A stretch of 63,853 bases of DNA, filler included, from Octopus bimaculoides (GCF_001194135.2; 5 parts of 5 records of this genome joined end to end with filler, not necessarily neighbours in it); one strand, 5' to 3'; counted from the first letter of the whole stretch, positions 25,075 through 38,821 are shown. The notes: generated by a model from the letters alone, not told the origin. Made by a program: numbers and translations.

Positions 25075-25320
25075 GTGAGTGCATGATTATAATAGTCATT
25101 ATATATCATAATGGTTATTTTACAGAAGATTTTTCATATTTTGTACTATATAACTCTTTATAATCTGTTCTTAAATACTTTGATATTTACTCCTGTTTTA
25201 CTCAGAGTGCTATATCATTTTAAAGGAAGATACTCTAATTCATAGAGAACAAATTAGTCATGTCTATGAATTTGTTTTGCAAGATTCCTGATGTGAAATC
25301 ATCTGTACAAACAGATATTA

Positions 25321-25647
25321 TTATATTTCAGGATGGTCGTTTTTTTTTTCCTTGTCAAATAAATACATGCACTATATATTTGTTTTTCACTTGTTTATTA
25401 TTGTTCTCATTTTGTCTCATGTCCATTGTCTGGAAATCATTTATCACCACACCTGTGACCTCTTCAGTGACTCTTCTATCCCACACATGGGATGGAAGAG
25501 TCACTGAAGAGGTCACATGTCTGTGACAAAAGATTTCTATACAATGGACATGAGACAAAATGAGAACAATAATAATTGAATAAAGATCAAATATATAGTG
25601 AGTGTGTTTATTTGGCAAGAAAAGAAAATGACCAACCTGAAATATAA
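25321..25647. mobile_element. 327-bp near-complete fold-back (MITE-like) in a KCC intron
   Basis: Perfect 33-bp (25397-25429 / 25541-25573) and 23-bp (25454-25476 / 25495-25517) inverted segments; 4-nt loop at 25484-25487; ends TTATATTTCAGG / CCTGAAATATAA. Confidence 0.85.
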
Positions 25648-25926
25648 CAAAACTAATCATGACAAATGATTTAGCTGAGCCAGGATACCTGTCTTTAAAC
25701 CAAGTTATGATGGCTATCATAACTTTTGTGATACTCACTCTACAGAGTAATGACACTTTAAGTTCTATAATGGAGAATTTCCAAGTTTATGATGAACCTT
25801 GTACATAATTTGCATGAGTGAACTATTTCAATAAACTACAGAAAAATTATGTTACATTTCAGGAAATTATTATAAACCGGGTCATTAATTTACAAAGAAG
25901 ATTGAGGTTTTTTCTTTTGTTTCCAG

Positions 25927-26073
25927 GGAGCCAAGCTAGGAACATTGATGGGAGTGTACCTGCCCTGCATTCAAAATATATTCGGTGTTCTGCTGTTTGT
26001 ACGCATGACCTGGATTGTAGGATCTGCTGGTGCCATAGAAAGTTTTTTGATAGTGATCGTCTGCTGTTCCACG
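25927..26073 (+). CDS. KCC: KCC exon, TM1-TM2
   Basis: ttccag|GGA..ACG|gtaag; [49 protein letters not shown]. Confidence 0.95.
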
Positions 26074-26379
26074 GTAAGTAATTTTTCAATATTGATGTGT
26101 TGTCCTTTTACCCCCAACTACGTTCAGCTTAGAAACCAAATATCATGGCTATAATTCCTTATAAACATTTTTTTCTTATTGCTGCCTAATATATTTAAAT
26201 TCCTTGTTTCTCTTCCTAGTAAACAATAATTCTATCTTCATATTTCTGTCTTTCTGATATTCATTTTTGTTTTGGAGAAAGTTTATGAATAATGTTCCTT
26301 TCAGGTGCTTTGATAAGGCAGATTATATATATATAATTACATAATAAAAAGAGAAAAATATAAATAAACTAGCACTCTG

Positions 26380-26695
26380 TCAGTTATGACAACAAAGGTT
26401 CCTGTTGAACTGATCGATGGAACAGCCTGCTCATGAAATTAACTTGCAAGTGGCTGAGCACTCCACAGAAATGTGTATCCTTAACGTAGTTCTCAAGAAG
26501 ATTCAGCATGACACAGAATGTGACAAGGCTGTCCCTTTGAATTGCAGGTATAACACATTTTTGCCAGCTGAGTGAACTGGAGCAATGCAAAATAAAGTGT
26601 CTCGCTCAAGAACACAACATGCCACTGGGTATCAAACTCAAGACCTTACAAAATCATGAGCCAAATACCCTAACTGCTTAGCCACATACCTTCAC
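26380..26695 (-). mobile_element. tRNA-derived SINE with head type 2 and family C tail
   Basis: 26540-26695 matches the head of 29095-29424; 26380-26540 matches the tail of 38822-39218. Confidence 0.7.
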
Positions 26696-26942
26696 ATGTA
26701 CTGCAGTCTAAGACACTGCACTATGTCATTGTTATTATGTAATCAGTGATCTTAAATATTCTGCTTAATGTCTAAACAAATGGTAAATGACTCCTACCTA
26801 TTAATTGGCTTATGTTTATATCCTCTTTTAAAAAAATATCATAAGCAAATAAAAGATTAACTGTATTACTATACAGAAATATCAAACTAGTATGTGATTT
26901 CATATTAATAAAATATTAACTTTTCTATTGATTCTATTGCAG

Positions 26943-27128
26943 ACATTACTAACTTCAATCTCCATGAGTGCTATTGCCACTAATGGTGTAGTTCCTGCTG
27001 GAGGGTCATATTTCATGATATCAAGGTCTCTGGGACCAGAGTTTGGTGGTGCTGTTGGTATTTTATTCTATCTTGGCACTTCTGTAGCATCGTCGATGTA
27101 CATCATTGGTGCTGTGGAAATTTTACTA
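26943..27128 (+). CDS. KCC: KCC exon, TM2-TM3
   Basis: ttgcag|ACA..CTA|gtaag; [62 protein letters not shown] (SLC12 signature). Confidence 0.97.
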
Positions 27129-28203
27129 GTAAGTCTATGTTTGATTTAACATTTCTGTTTTTGACTGTTTTTACTAAATTACCCCTTCATCATCTGAAAT
27201 CAATGACTAAATTGGAAAAGATTGAAAAAAATATCATAAAATAAACAGATTATAAGTAATGTCTCATGTCAGGTGCAAAGTGGCAGCATAGGTCAATGAC
27301 AGATTCATAGATTAAAGTTCTCCATCTCAGAAGATTAGCATTAAAAATGTGTCTGTGATTAAACATTTTAAAATATTGATTAATAAGAATATTTGTAATA
27401 AAGGCAATTATACATAATGGTTTTACACATTGCCAAACATAAAAGTGGAACTGCAAAACCCAAGAAAACTAATGATGCTCTCTCTCTCTCATATTTAGAA
27501 ACTCTTGTTATGATTACACACACACACAACATATGTATACACAAACAGGCTTCCACTCAGTTTCTGTCGACCAGATGCTGCTTGCATCAACTTGACAATA
27601 TAAAAGACACTTGCCTAGAGTGCCACACAGTGAGATTGAACCCAGAACACTGTTGTTGTAAAGCGAATTTCTTAACCATCCACCTATATTTGAACCTATA
27701 TTATTAGTGATAATTGTTTTAATTAGTGTCTCCATGGATAAATGGTATTACTCTTTAACACATTGGATGACAATCTCAATTACAGAAAGGATGAGATAAA
27801 ATGAAGTGCATAGCAGAAAAACATGAGAAAAGAAACTGTCAGAATGTAGGAATTTATGCAATATGTGTGTGTGTGTGTGTGAGAGAAAGAGAGAGTGTGT
27901 GTATTGTGAGAAAAATGCAGTATAGAGATGATGGATGGGGGGTAGCAGAGTGTAACCAGTAAGTTTTGAAAAGCAAAGTTTTCTGTAGTTGGAGAAATTG
28001 TAAAAACAATGAGAGCATAACCCCATGATGAATTAGAAATTGAAGATATATTATGAAATATGTCATTTAGTTAATCATATGATTTTCTTTTGAATATGAT
28101 CTAGGGTGTTAGTGTTAAAAGTCTGTGAAGAAATCAATCTTCTAGTACAATACTAAGTAGTTGGGTGTAGGATTGGGTTTCGTAGTATCAGAGTGCTCTA
28201 AAC

Positions 28204-28500
28204 CAGTGCTTCTCAAACTATCTGATGTGGTATACCAGCATTTTTTTTTTCAATGTGCCAGGGACCATTAATATTTCTTAGTAATATTAATATATACCAG
28301 AACCAATATATATAAAGAATAAAATAAAAGTTGACAATTTTTTTTATCTTATATTTATTTTGTAAACAAATAGTACGATATTACATAAGTATTTTATAAG
28401 CATTTTATGTTTCTTTCTTTTCTGGAAACTTGCTGCATACCAGCAGCTGATGGCTCACAGACTGACACCAGTCCACGGACCACCACTTTGAGTAGCACTG
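28204..28500. mobile_element. hAT (Charlie-like) MITE
   Basis: TIRs CAGTGCTTCTCAAA / TTTGAGTAGCACTG (13/14); perfect 8-bp TSD CTCTAAAC (28196-28203 / 28501-28508). Confidence 0.9.
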
Positions 28501-29094
28501 CTCTAAACAAAATATTCAGCCTTTCATGATTAAGGATTTGACAATGTTGGAAACATAAGGCTTGAAATAGGGGTCACTGAAGACTTGTTGTCCAAACATA
28601 TATAAAATAGTTAATTCCATAATTTTTAGATCATTAGTGAAGCATTTAATACATTTTTGCCAAAATATCAAAGCTTCACTGGGGACATATTGTAAGTGTA
28701 ATGTAAAAATCTCTGAAGAGAACTGTTACCATTAGCAACTGAAAGATTAGATTAAAAGGAACCAAGCAAATGGAAGCTAGATTAATTTGCATTAGAGAGA
28801 TTTTTTTTGTTTTTGTTTTTTACTAAAGAGAGGGAGTAGTGCCTATGACCTCCCAGACAGGTATGGTTGATGCAATTGAATTTCTTTGTTTGTCAAATTC
28901 TGAAGGGAAGAATGCATCTCTTCCAAGGTGGGGAACAAAATACTTAAAGCTAGGTTCACTGAGACAATAAAGATGATGAGAAGAGTATAGGTGGGCTTTG
29001 CCACAGGTGTTATATAGCTGCCTAGTTCAGAATAGCAGAAAGTATTAGAGTAATGGTGAAAGAGACAGAGAAGAAAAACAAGACATATGTACAC

Positions 29095-29424
29095 TAGAGT
29101 AAAGACCTCACTCATCATGAATGACCATGGAATTACACCTAGAAAGTTAACCTCTGAGGAACAAGTCCAGGAAAGGTTGTTTATAGAAGACCAGCAATTA
29201 CCCATGCATACCAGCTTCTCCTCTCCGTGCCATTGATGTTATCCAATGGAAAGGCAAAGGTCCATACAGCTTGGCACCAGTGACATCACAACTCATTTTT
29301 ACAGCTGAGTGAATTGGAGCAACATAAAATAAAGTGTCTTGCTCAAGAACACAATGTACATCCTGATCTGGGAATCAAACTGACTATCTCGTGATGCTCT
29401 GACCACTGAGCCATGCACCTTCAC
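29095..29424 (-). mobile_element. tRNA-derived SINE with head type 2 and a different tail
   Basis: Minus strand GTGAAGGTGCATGGCTCAGTGG..GTTTGATTCCC..TGTGTTCTTGAGCAAGACACTTT head, then a tail unrelated to family C; left boundary approximate. Confidence 0.65.
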
Positions 29425-30011
29425 ATCTGTAAGCTATGATTGCAGTATGGTGATAAGTGAATCTTTCACAATCAGCTCAGGTGAATGGATTCACAAAAAA
29501 GTCATTTATGAATGATTCATATACATGAAAGTAGTTGAGATGCTCAATCTATAATAAAGATTTTTTTAAAATATGAATCAGTGTTAGAAATAATGCATAT
29601 TCCATTATAACAAACTAATATATAATATCAATAAAATTTGAATGCTATTTGTATTCCATAAAATATTTAGTAAGCCTTATTTTCTAAAGGTAACACCAGT
29701 TCATTTACTAAAAAATAGATATTACTGAGGTCTAGGAAGATTCGGTTAGAAGAAGCAGTCATCTGCTAAACTATATGACTTATTGTCTTTAGTCTCATCA
29801 CTCTGTTTGGTTACTTTCTGAATTATCTTTACCTTTATCAACTGCATTTCTGGTTCTGTAGCTATAACTGGGGACAGATGTAGTTAACATTTATTCTATT
29901 TAATTACCATCTTTGTGCTATCCATTATCATTTATATGGTAAAGTATTGATTCCATTTGTATTTAAGTATAGGATTAATATGACAAAAATTTCTTTTCTT
30001 TCTAATTTCAG

Positions 30012-30223
30012 ACATATATTGCACCCCAGATGTCAATATTTGATGACATGTATCACAACTTTCGAATATATGGAACAGCTACATTAATTTTACTGTCCAC
30101 TTTCGTCTTTATTGGTGTCAGATTTGTCAGCAAGTTTGCCACCCTTTCGTTGGCCTGTGTCATATTGTCCATTATTAGTATATATATTGGAATATTTGTC
30201 ACCAATGAGAATCGAAGTATAAA
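30012..30223 (+). CDS. KCC: KCC exon, TM4-TM5
   Basis: tttcag|ACA..AA|gtaag; [62 protein letters not shown]. Confidence 0.95.
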
Positions 30224-30627
30224 GTAAGTAAATTATATTTATTTATCAATAATCTGCTTATAATTAAAATCACAGCAATGATTCTGTTTATATATTTATT
30301 TAGTTGTTGTTTTTAATTGATTTGTGAGGTTTTGTTTGAGGTGGGGAGGTTAATTCCAGTACATTTGGAGTAGATATTTTTATAGCCTGATTTTTTATCT
30401 TATGACAAACATTCAAAGTAGAACTGTTGTCAGGGTGACTCAAGAAAGCAGTGTTATGAGCTTTTCTCTATGACATAGTTAATTAGCTAGCATAAATTTT
30501 TAACATAATCATAAGTTAGTTATCTCACTGTACTATGCTTTACTTTGCTTTAACTGGTAATGAAATATAATATGAATGACCATGATAATGATGACAAGGA
30601 ATTTCACAAATGATACATGTTAATCTT

Positions 30628-32057
30628 CAGGTTGTCCCCAGAAAGATTTACCCATTGATATTTCTTAATTATTTAAAATAAACTGAGGGTAGAATAATGA
30701 AATTTAGCACATGTGTTCTAATTTAAATTGTCAATCCATTGTAGTAATTACATTTCAAAAGGACCACCTTTCGCCTTGACCATAGCCTACAAATGGTTAG
30801 TCACTAAGTTGTGTGAGCACCATACCACCTCTTCATCCAACTTGACTCATGAAGACAGAAGGGCTTCCTTCAGATCTGACACATTTGAATAGGGGTGATC
30901 AGAAGCATTACTCTCTAGATGGACCAGATAGCGAAGTCCATGGGATTGATGACTGGATTTGAGGGAGGCCATATTGTCTTGTCACAAAAAACTACTGAAG
31001 TGCTCTTTGCACCACTGCTATGTCAAATTGGATGCATGGGCCAGAGCTCCATCTTGAGTGAAGATGTAATGGTCACCAAAAGTTTCTGTGACCCAGGTTA
31101 ACACTTTTTCATCCAACAGTTCCACATAAACTTCTCTGTTGACCTTGACACCAGCATCAATGAAGATCAAGAGAGGCTTGGGCCCATCAGATGCAACTGC
31201 AGCCCACACCATGAGTAAAATTGGCTTCTGACAGCATAAATGACTCCTGTTACCTTCAGGCAAGTCTCCTGCATTACATGCATAAAGCCTGTCATTCTGC
31301 CTATTGGTAACTGCCTCGTCAGTGAAGATCTTCTCATCAGATCAGGTCAACACTTTGTTAGCAGTGTGCTTCATCTCAGCTAACATGGTTTTACCCCTGT
31401 CAAGTTGTTTCTTCTTGGAATCTGCTGAAATTAATTGCCATGGTTGTTTCTTGTATGCAGTTAGCTTTAAATTCTCTTCAAAACTCCTGTACCCTGACAA
31501 TTTCGAAATATCAAGAGCTTTTGCTGTTTTTCATGCACTCCTGTGTAGATTTTGGTTCATTCACTTATTCACAGCTTCAACAGTTTGTTTGTTTGGTATG
31601 AATTGATCGTTTCCTATCAAGAACTGACTTGCTAGAGGTAGTAGCAGACTCCATGTATCATTTCCAGGTATTGAACACTGTTTTACGGAACATATTCAAC
31701 TATTTTGTCATGTCCTTGTTACTCACTCCAGCTGTTTTCAAAGCACCAGTCATGTCAGCTTTTGCTTTCAACACCATGTTTGTTTACAAACCTGTTTTAG
31801 ATGAATGAAACAATAAGCACATGAACAAAAGATATGAAAAACTTTATACTCTTTACTTGTTTCAGTCTTTTTACTGTGGTCATGCTGGAGCATCGCCTTT
31901 AGTCAGGCAAATCGACCCCAGGACTTATTCTTTGGAAGCCTAGTACTTATTCTATCGGTCTCTCTTGCCGAACCGCTAAGTTACAGGGATGTAAACACAC
32001 CAGCATAGGTTGTCAAGAAGCAATGTTGGGGAGACAAACACAGACACACAAACACAT

Positions 32058-32090
<33 letters not shown>

Positions 32091-32331
32091 AACATATATA
32101 CGACGGGCTTCTTTCAGTTTCCATCTACCAAATCCACTCACAAGGCTTTGGTCAACCCGAGGCTATAGTAGATGCCACGCAGTGGGACTGAACCGAGAAC
32201 CATGTGGTTGGTAAGCAAGCTACTTACCATACAGTCACTCCTACGCCTATGTAAAATATAGATAATATTACCTGAACTGATATTCTTTAGGAAGAGTTTT
32301 AAACATAGGTAAATCTTTCTGTAACACCCTG
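30628..32331 (-). mobile_element. Full-length decayed Tc1/mariner, DD37D (maT) type, about 1.3 kb plus a nested SINE
   Basis: Transposase remnants QKP..LMVWAAVASDG, FTQDGALAH, WPPSNPVINPMDFAIWS with 37 residues between the last two Asp; imperfect TIRs CAGG.TGT..CAGAAAGATTTACC at 30628-30653 and 32308-32331, the right one followed by TA. Confidence 0.8.
31845..32248 (-). mobile_element. SINE family A, full length, nested in the maT element
   Basis: Reverse complement of 45256-45651, including the tRNA-like head and internal (TA)n. Confidence 0.9.
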
Positions 32332-32588
32332 TATATATTAGTTTATTGTACATTCTCTTAATTTTTCATTGGTTTCAGTCATTGAACTGTTGCCATGCAG
32401 GGGAAACACCTACAGGGGTTTTTAGTTGATCATGTTGACCCTAGTTCTTATTTCAGTCTGGTACTTATTTTAATCATTTCTGTTTACTAAACTTATGTTA
32501 CAAGAGAAAGGACCACAATCTGTAAACAACATTGGTTCTTTTTGTTAATCAGTATAAATATAAGCTTAAACACATGCACAATTATAAA

Positions 32589-32629
<41 letters not shown>

Positions 32630-32792
32630 TCACACACACACACACACTCTCTCTCTCTCTCTCTCTCTNNNNNNNNNNNNNNNNNNNNNNNNNNNNNNNN
32701 NNNNNNNNNNNNNNNNNNNNNNNNNNNNNNNNNNNNNNNNNNNNNNNNNNNNNNNNNNNNNNNNNNNNNNNNNNNNNNNNNNNNNNNNNNNN

Positions 32793-32830
<38 letters not shown>

Positions 32831-33084
32831 CTTCTGTATGTTTTCTGTGTGCCATATTCCATTTACAAGGTATTGGTCAACTGGAATCTATAGTCTTCTA
32901 ATTACAAAGCCATGACAGCCATTCTTTTTTTTCATTCTTTTACTGAACATCAACAAGCTAAAACATGCATAAATGCAACATTCACATACATACAGACACA
33001 TGCATACTCACCTGTTGATAAGACTGTTACCTTATTTTCGTGTTCAGAATCAAATGTAAATTAATTTTCTACTTGTAATTTCAG

Positions 33085-33287
33085 AATCTGTATAATGGGT
33101 GACCGTTTACTAACTCTTGAGTCGGTCACAGCCAATGGATCCATTTGGTGTGATAAAAATATCTCAGGCCCTATCTATGCACACTATTGTGGTGATGGAA
33201 ATACAAGTGACAGTTGCAACTATTTTTTTGCCAATCAAGTTCGTTATGTTCCTGGTATACCTGGCATTGCAAGTGGTCTATTTGAAA
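33085..33287 (+). CDS. KCC: KCC exon, large TM5-6 extracellular loop
   Basis: tttcag|A..A|gtaag; ICIMGDRLL..WCDKNISG..YCGDGNTSDSCNYFFANQVRYVPGIPGIASGLFE; four Cys and N-glycosylation sequons as in KCCs; phase 2-1 fits neighbours. Confidence 0.92.
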
Positions 33288-33469
33288 GTAAGCCTCTTGA
33301 ATCATTACGTTTTATTTTCTTATTATTATTATCATTATTATTATTAGTTTGTTTTTTTTTTTTTGTTTTTTTTTGTTACAAGGTGGTGAGCTGGCAGAAT
33401 CGTTTGCATGCCAGACAAAATGCTTAGCAGCATTTCTTCTGACTCTTTACACCATCAACATTGTCATCA

Positions 33470-33890
33470 TCAAATCATCATCATCATCGTCATCCTTTAA
33501 CATCTGCTTTCCAGGCTGGCATGGGTTATATGGTTTGATTGGAATTCATATGCCAGAAAGCTGCATCAGGTTTTAGTCTGGATGACCTTCTTAATGCCAA
33601 CCACTCCAAGAGTGTAATAGGTGCTTTTTACATGCCACCATTATTGGTGCTTTTATGTGCCACCAGCATGGGTGCTAGTTATGTGACACCAGTAGTGGCC
33701 ACAGCTACGATTTCATTTGGCTTGACAAGTCTTCTGAAAACACAGTATATCACCGAAGGTCTTGGTCATTAGTCATTGCATCTGTGAGGCCCAAAGTTCG
33801 AAGATAATGCTTCACCAACTCATCCCATGTCTTCCTGGGTCTACCTCTACCACAGGTTCCTTCCACAGTTAGAGATCGGCATTTCTTTGG
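33470..33890 (-). mobile_element. 3' fragment of an RTE-clade LINE
   Basis: KKCRSLTVEGTCGRGRPRKTWDELVKHYLRTLGLT (RTE C-terminal GRP..W motif), 3'UTR and (GAT)n tail. Confidence 0.8.
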
Positions 33891-35383
33891 TGACCACAGA
33901 AAATTCCACCATCGTTTTACATCTATTTTCCATGCTGCCATGGATTGGACATGTCATGGTTCAAGTCAGCTTTTATCAATGATACTGTTCTCACAGATGG
34001 ATCAGATTACCACAATTTGTTCATACTTTGAACAGATTTTGTCAGTTTCACACTAATGAAGCAACCCTTTGATCAGAAGTAATCTGACTTTGTCCACCCT
34101 TTCCCTTTTCCAATTATTCAGGGTTATATTATTCAATGTTTTCCTTCCTAATACCAATATATATGTATATGCATCTTGCGAACAGTCTTCAATACTTCTT
34201 GTCTCATCTTCTGTTCTCCTCTTTTTTCTTCATGGATATTTTCTTTTACTTTTTTTTTAATAACCAAATAGAAGGAAGGCTCCTTGAAGGACTTCTATGA
34301 AAAGGTTATTGCTGAATGGATAAAGGAAAGAAATTATCTTCAGACCAGAGGCCTGGCCCAAATGCCTGCATCAGTGTGGACTTCATTCAACAAGTCTCTA
34401 TTCAAATGTCATCTTTCATACATATCACATCCATCTCCATACCAGTACAATATTTTATCTTTCACACTACCCCATAAAAGTGTTAATGCCCATTCTTTCT
34501 CTTTCATTTAATTTATAGTTCACCATTCATGTCTGTTGACAACATATTTGCTTATAAAAATGCATATGCATATATATATGTAAAAAGCACTGGTGATAGA
34601 GCTAAATAAAAAGCACTGTTGATGGTGCTACATGAAAAACATGTGGTACACTCTGTAAAGTGGTTGGCATTAGGAAGGGCGTCCAGCCATAGAAACAAAG
34701 CCCAAAACAGACTATGGAACCTGGTGTGGCTCCTGGCCTTCCTAGCTCCTGTCAAATCATCCAAACCATGCCAGCATGGAAAACAGACTTTAAGTGATGA
34801 TGATGAGGATTTGTGCATTGGTACATACTGGTTTCATTCCATTCCAGTCTTTCTGTATCCTCCAAATTCAATGCTCATTTCTCCCATACAATTTTTCATT
34901 CAAAGAGAAAAACCATCTCTGGCCATCAGAGGTCATAGTTCTCTCAACTTTTACCCTTCGTTTTCTAACACTATACACTGCTTTTGCAACACCCCCACCC
35001 CCACTCACACACACATGCACACTGCAGATTTAGTCACCCTGAAAACAGAAACTGTTGAATACATCATCTACCTAGTCTTTTGAGCTCTTTTATGATGGTA
35101 TTTCATGGGTGCTTCCATGTCTTGCTATTCTTGTGCATCTATTACATCTGTAGTTCTTCATCTCTGCCAGCTTACCTGAGGCACAACTGCACCACTTGTG
35201 CACCTGTAGTTTACATTGGGTATGGAGTTCTTCTGCAGGTGAAAATATTTCTAAAAAATTATAATAAAAGGAACACAAACTATTTTTATGCAGCCAAACT
35301 TTTTTTCTTTTTTTCCTTTTGTATTTTAAGAGTTTAAGGTACAGAATTTCACTCAAGTTTCTTTTTCTTTTCTTTTTTTTTAG

Positions 35384-35524
35384 CTAATGCTTTCAGTAAA
35401 TACTCAAAAATTAATGATGTTCCTGGGAGTTCTGATGCAGGAGATGCTGCTAGAGGAGAAATCATTGCAGATATTACTACCACATTCATGGTGTTGCTAG
35501 CTATTTATTTCCCATCAGTCACCG
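35384..35524 (+). CDS. KCC: KCC exon, loop end and TM6
   Basis: ttttag|CT..G|gtatg; NAFSKYSKINDVPGSSDAGDAARGEIIADITTTFMVLLAIYFPSVTG. Confidence 0.93.
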
Positions 35525-36259
35525 GTATGTATTTCTTTTATATGTATCACAATTAACTTCTAAATTAATTCTATGCAGCTTAAAGAAAAGAGTAACAATT
35601 ATATTGCTTGAATGGAAGGTGTTATGGGTGACAGTAGAATTTTAAATTAACTAAATAATTATTGTCATTATTCTGATTTATAAATGTGAATCCTAAAAAT
35701 GAAAAATAAGGGAGACTTGAGATTTTTAGCTTATATTCTATAACTTTAATTTTTTTCTGATGGTGGGACTTGAAGTTGAGAAGACTATAAATAATGGTTT
35801 CAAGTTTTGGCAGAAGGTCAGCAAGTTCAGGTGAATGGGTAAGTTGATGACATCAATCCCAGTGATCAACCGATACTTATTTTATCAACCCCAAAAGGAA
35901 AAAAAACAGAGTTGACCTCAGCGGAATTTGAGCTCAGAACATAAAGATAGATGAAAAGCCACTAAGTTTTTTGCCTGGTGTGCTAACAGTTCTGCCAGCT
36001 CACCACCTTAACTCTTTAGTATTCAGATTTCTCTGTCAAATGTACCACTTATTCATTCACATTGATTTGAATTACCTTGAAGCTTTGAGATTTTAATGAA
36101 GTAATTGATTATTTTCAGACTAATATTGTTGAGTAAGTGTGAGAGGCCAAATCTGGCCAGTTTGAAGATAGAACTGGTAGATTATTTGGGCTGCATATAT
36201 TCGAATATAACTAAACACCACAAGGTACCTGGCATTTTTCTCAATTCTGCCAATCTATG

Positions 36260-36940
36260 ATAATAATTTCTAATGTAGTCATAATGTCACAAAGTTTACC
36301 CCAGTACTTGACTGGTACTTTATGAATGAAAGATAAAGCTAAAGAATGAAAGGTGAAGTTGTAGATTTACATCATAAGAATTCAGAAACTTTGAGAGGTG
36401 TAAAATAATGCTATTATTTATAACATTTAAGGTTATAAATAATAGCATGTAAACATTAGGTTGAAAAAATCCTTTGATTAGAAACAGTCAGTCTTCAACT
36501 TTTTCTATCCAAAGAGATTTTTTAACCCATTATTTACACACTACTTACAATTTTCACAAAATTCAACAACATATAATTTTCACTGGTAAGAAAAGAGTTT
36601 CCAAAATGGATGCAGAAATTTGAAGGATTGCTTTGGTTCAATGGTAAAACATTTGTCATGTTTACAGGAGATGTGAGTTCAAGTCCCACATGTAGCCTTT
36701 GTTTTTTTTCCCTCCAAAGAGATCTTTAACCCAGTATTTACCCACTATTATTTATAACTTCGCTACTTTGAATCCCATGGTTAAAATTGAATTATTTTAC
36801 ATCTCTCAAAGTTTCTGAACTCTTATGATGTAACTCTACAACTTCACATTTCATCCTTCAACTTTATCTCTCATTCATAAAGTACCAGTTAAGTACTGGG
36901 GTAAAATTTGTGACCTTGTACCTACATTAGAAATTATTAT
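36260..36940. repeat. Local inverted duplication, 150-bp arms
   Basis: 36260-36409 vs reverse complement of 36791-36940: ungapped, 14 mismatches (about 91%); 381-bp spacer. Confidence 0.9.
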
Positions 36941-37152
36941 TATAGATTGGCGGAATTGAGAAAAACGCCAAGTACCTTGTGATGTTTTGTTATATTCTGT
37001 AACCTTTTTGAACTGAAATCCTACCAGGTTGGACCTAGTGTTTCTGCCATTCAAAATCAATAAACTACCACTCAAATATAAGGAATCAATTAAACTGATT
37101 GTATCCTCCAACAAAATGTCTGATCTTGTACCAATATTAGACATCATCATCG

Positions 37153-37186
<34 letters not shown>

Positions 37187-38037
37187 TATTTATTATTATT
37201 ATTATTATTAAGGTGGTAAGCTAGAAGAATCATTAGCACATCAGGCAAAATGCTTAGTGGCATTTCATTTGTCCTTATGTTTTGAGTTTAAATTCCATCA
37301 AGGTTGACTTTGCCTTTCATCCTTTCAGGGTTGATAAAATAAGTACTCATTGTGTACTGGGGTCGATGAAATCAACTGATTCCCTACCTCAATCCTGCTG
37401 ACTTTGTGTCAAAATTTTAAACCATCATTATTATCAAAGTAACACTGGAATACAAATATACAAAGCCAGTTATAACCATCATGACTATTCATCAGATAAG
37501 GGTACATCGGGTACATGCATTGCAACCATACGTGTGCAACATGGTAATCTCACTGTTCTATATTTTAGAGATGAGGAATTATGTACAATATTTACATTGG
37601 ACAGATAGGTGTCCTCACCTTCTTTGTTGTTAACACATTTCCTGGTGGGTTCAAAATTCCACCAGAACACTTGATGAAGGCTGGAGAGTACATCAGCCAA
37701 AACGTTGAGGACACCTATCTGTCTAATGTAGATATGGTGATCTCATATCAAGATAAATGGTACATGACTTTATTGTTATTATTATTTTGTTTTTAAGGTG
37801 GTAAGCTGGTAGAATCATTAGTACAGTGGACAAAATGTTTAGCGACATTTCATCCATCTTTACATTCTCAGTTCAAATTTCACCAAGGGGATCAATAAAT
37901 TAATTACCAGTGAAACACTGGGTTTAATGTAATCGACTAGTCCTCTCCTCCAAAAATTTCAGACCGTATGTCTATAGTAGAAAGGATTATTATTATTATT
38001 GTTGTTGTTGTTGTTGTTATTATTATTATTATTATTA

Positions 38038-38101
<64 letters not shown>

Positions 38102-38821
38102 CATTATTATTATTATTACTATTGGTGTTGTTATTACCAATAAAAAATAAGTACAACCAAGTACTCAGAGTGAAATAATTGACCCTTCCATTCCTGTCCC
38201 TCCCAAATGTTATCCATATAATTGATTCTTCCATTCCACTCCAGTGCCTATCCTTGTGCTTGTTTAGAAATCAATATTTTTGGTATGCAATATTAATGTT
38301 GCAAAAAGCTCATCAATTAATCAAAATTCTACAGTATTGCCCTCTGGCAGCATATGAACTTTCACCATTATTGTAGCTTCAATAATATTTAATATTCTTC
38401 TTCTAGAATTGTGTTAACATTAAATAGTCTCTTACATGAGAAAAAAAAATGCTTTACACATGCGCACATACATGCAAATATATATACACGCAACACTTAC
38501 ATTGAGATACTTCTCATTAAAGACATATATATTCATTACATTTATCTGAGCACAGACATACACAAAATATTTACATATATGCATACAAACTTCCATACAC
38601 ACACAAGCATACAAATTATTGGAGATGTGTCATTCATAAGCAGTATGATGCGAGGTACCTATATGTGGTCACTTGGTATGGTAGAAATAACAGCTAGATC
38701 TCACTCAAATTGGATCCTACCATCTTAAAGAAGGTGAAGCAAATTAGATAAAACATACAGTTTTGTAGATACTCTAACCTGGAAAAAGATGTGAAGTTAT
38801 GGCTGGAATACCTTTGATTAT

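Noticed and set aside
33288-33427. Hydrophobic C-terminal extension of ORF 33095-33427
   Set aside because: Lies after a canonical donor in T-rich intron sequence; the next KCC exon continues in phase.
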